From Eledone cirrhosa (taxonomy: Eukaryota): DNA of 64,000 nucleotides. Both the position numbers and the translations under genes were made by a program. The notes under the pieces were generated by a model. The model saw nothing but the letters and a program-made list of their open reading frames with translations. It made no database searches and was not told where the DNA came from. How positions within the stretch are numbered: position 1 is the first letter of the stretch; each line of letters starts with the position of its first letter. The DNA lies in assembly GCA_964016885.1 (NCBI GenBank), contig OZ024742.1, positions 264,926,001 through 264,990,000 of the forward strand. Reading direction: 5' to 3'. Of the stretch, positions 63,997 to 64,000 are shown piece after piece.

Positions 63997-64000
63997 TCAG

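Overview
AT-rich, repeat-dense eukaryotic genomic DNA with no prokaryotic features. The repeat repertoire suggests a coleoid cephalopod (octopus-like), which is an inference. The window lies inside one + strand gene, the circadian bHLH-PAS factor BMAL1/cycle (ARNTL). Six phase-compatible GT-AG exons are visible (18492-18598, 37735-37885, 43660-43769, 44631-44697, 61621-61684, 63045-63093). They encode PAS-B/PAC and the start of the C-terminal tail; the gene begins and ends outside the window. The introns (up to ~19 kb) hold a near-full-length Tx1-clade LINE, RTE LINEs with a PHD-like finger inside the RT region, R4/Dong-like, CR1 and CRE fragments, several Penelope-like elements (PLEs), non-autonomous Helitrons, hAT and DD37D mariner elements, MITEs, and many tRNA-derived SINEs. 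The most notable observations are: (1) hammerhead-ribozyme-like motifs from PLE ends, one carried by tandem Helitrons and one hit in its core by a hAT whose target duplication restores the core; (2) a SINE 3' tail matching the Tx1 3' end, suggesting a SINE-LINE partnership centred on (ATT)n; (3) several long inverted repeats and palindromes in the clock-gene pre-mRNA. All calls are by eye; no database search or folding was run, and boundaries of degraded repeats are approximate.
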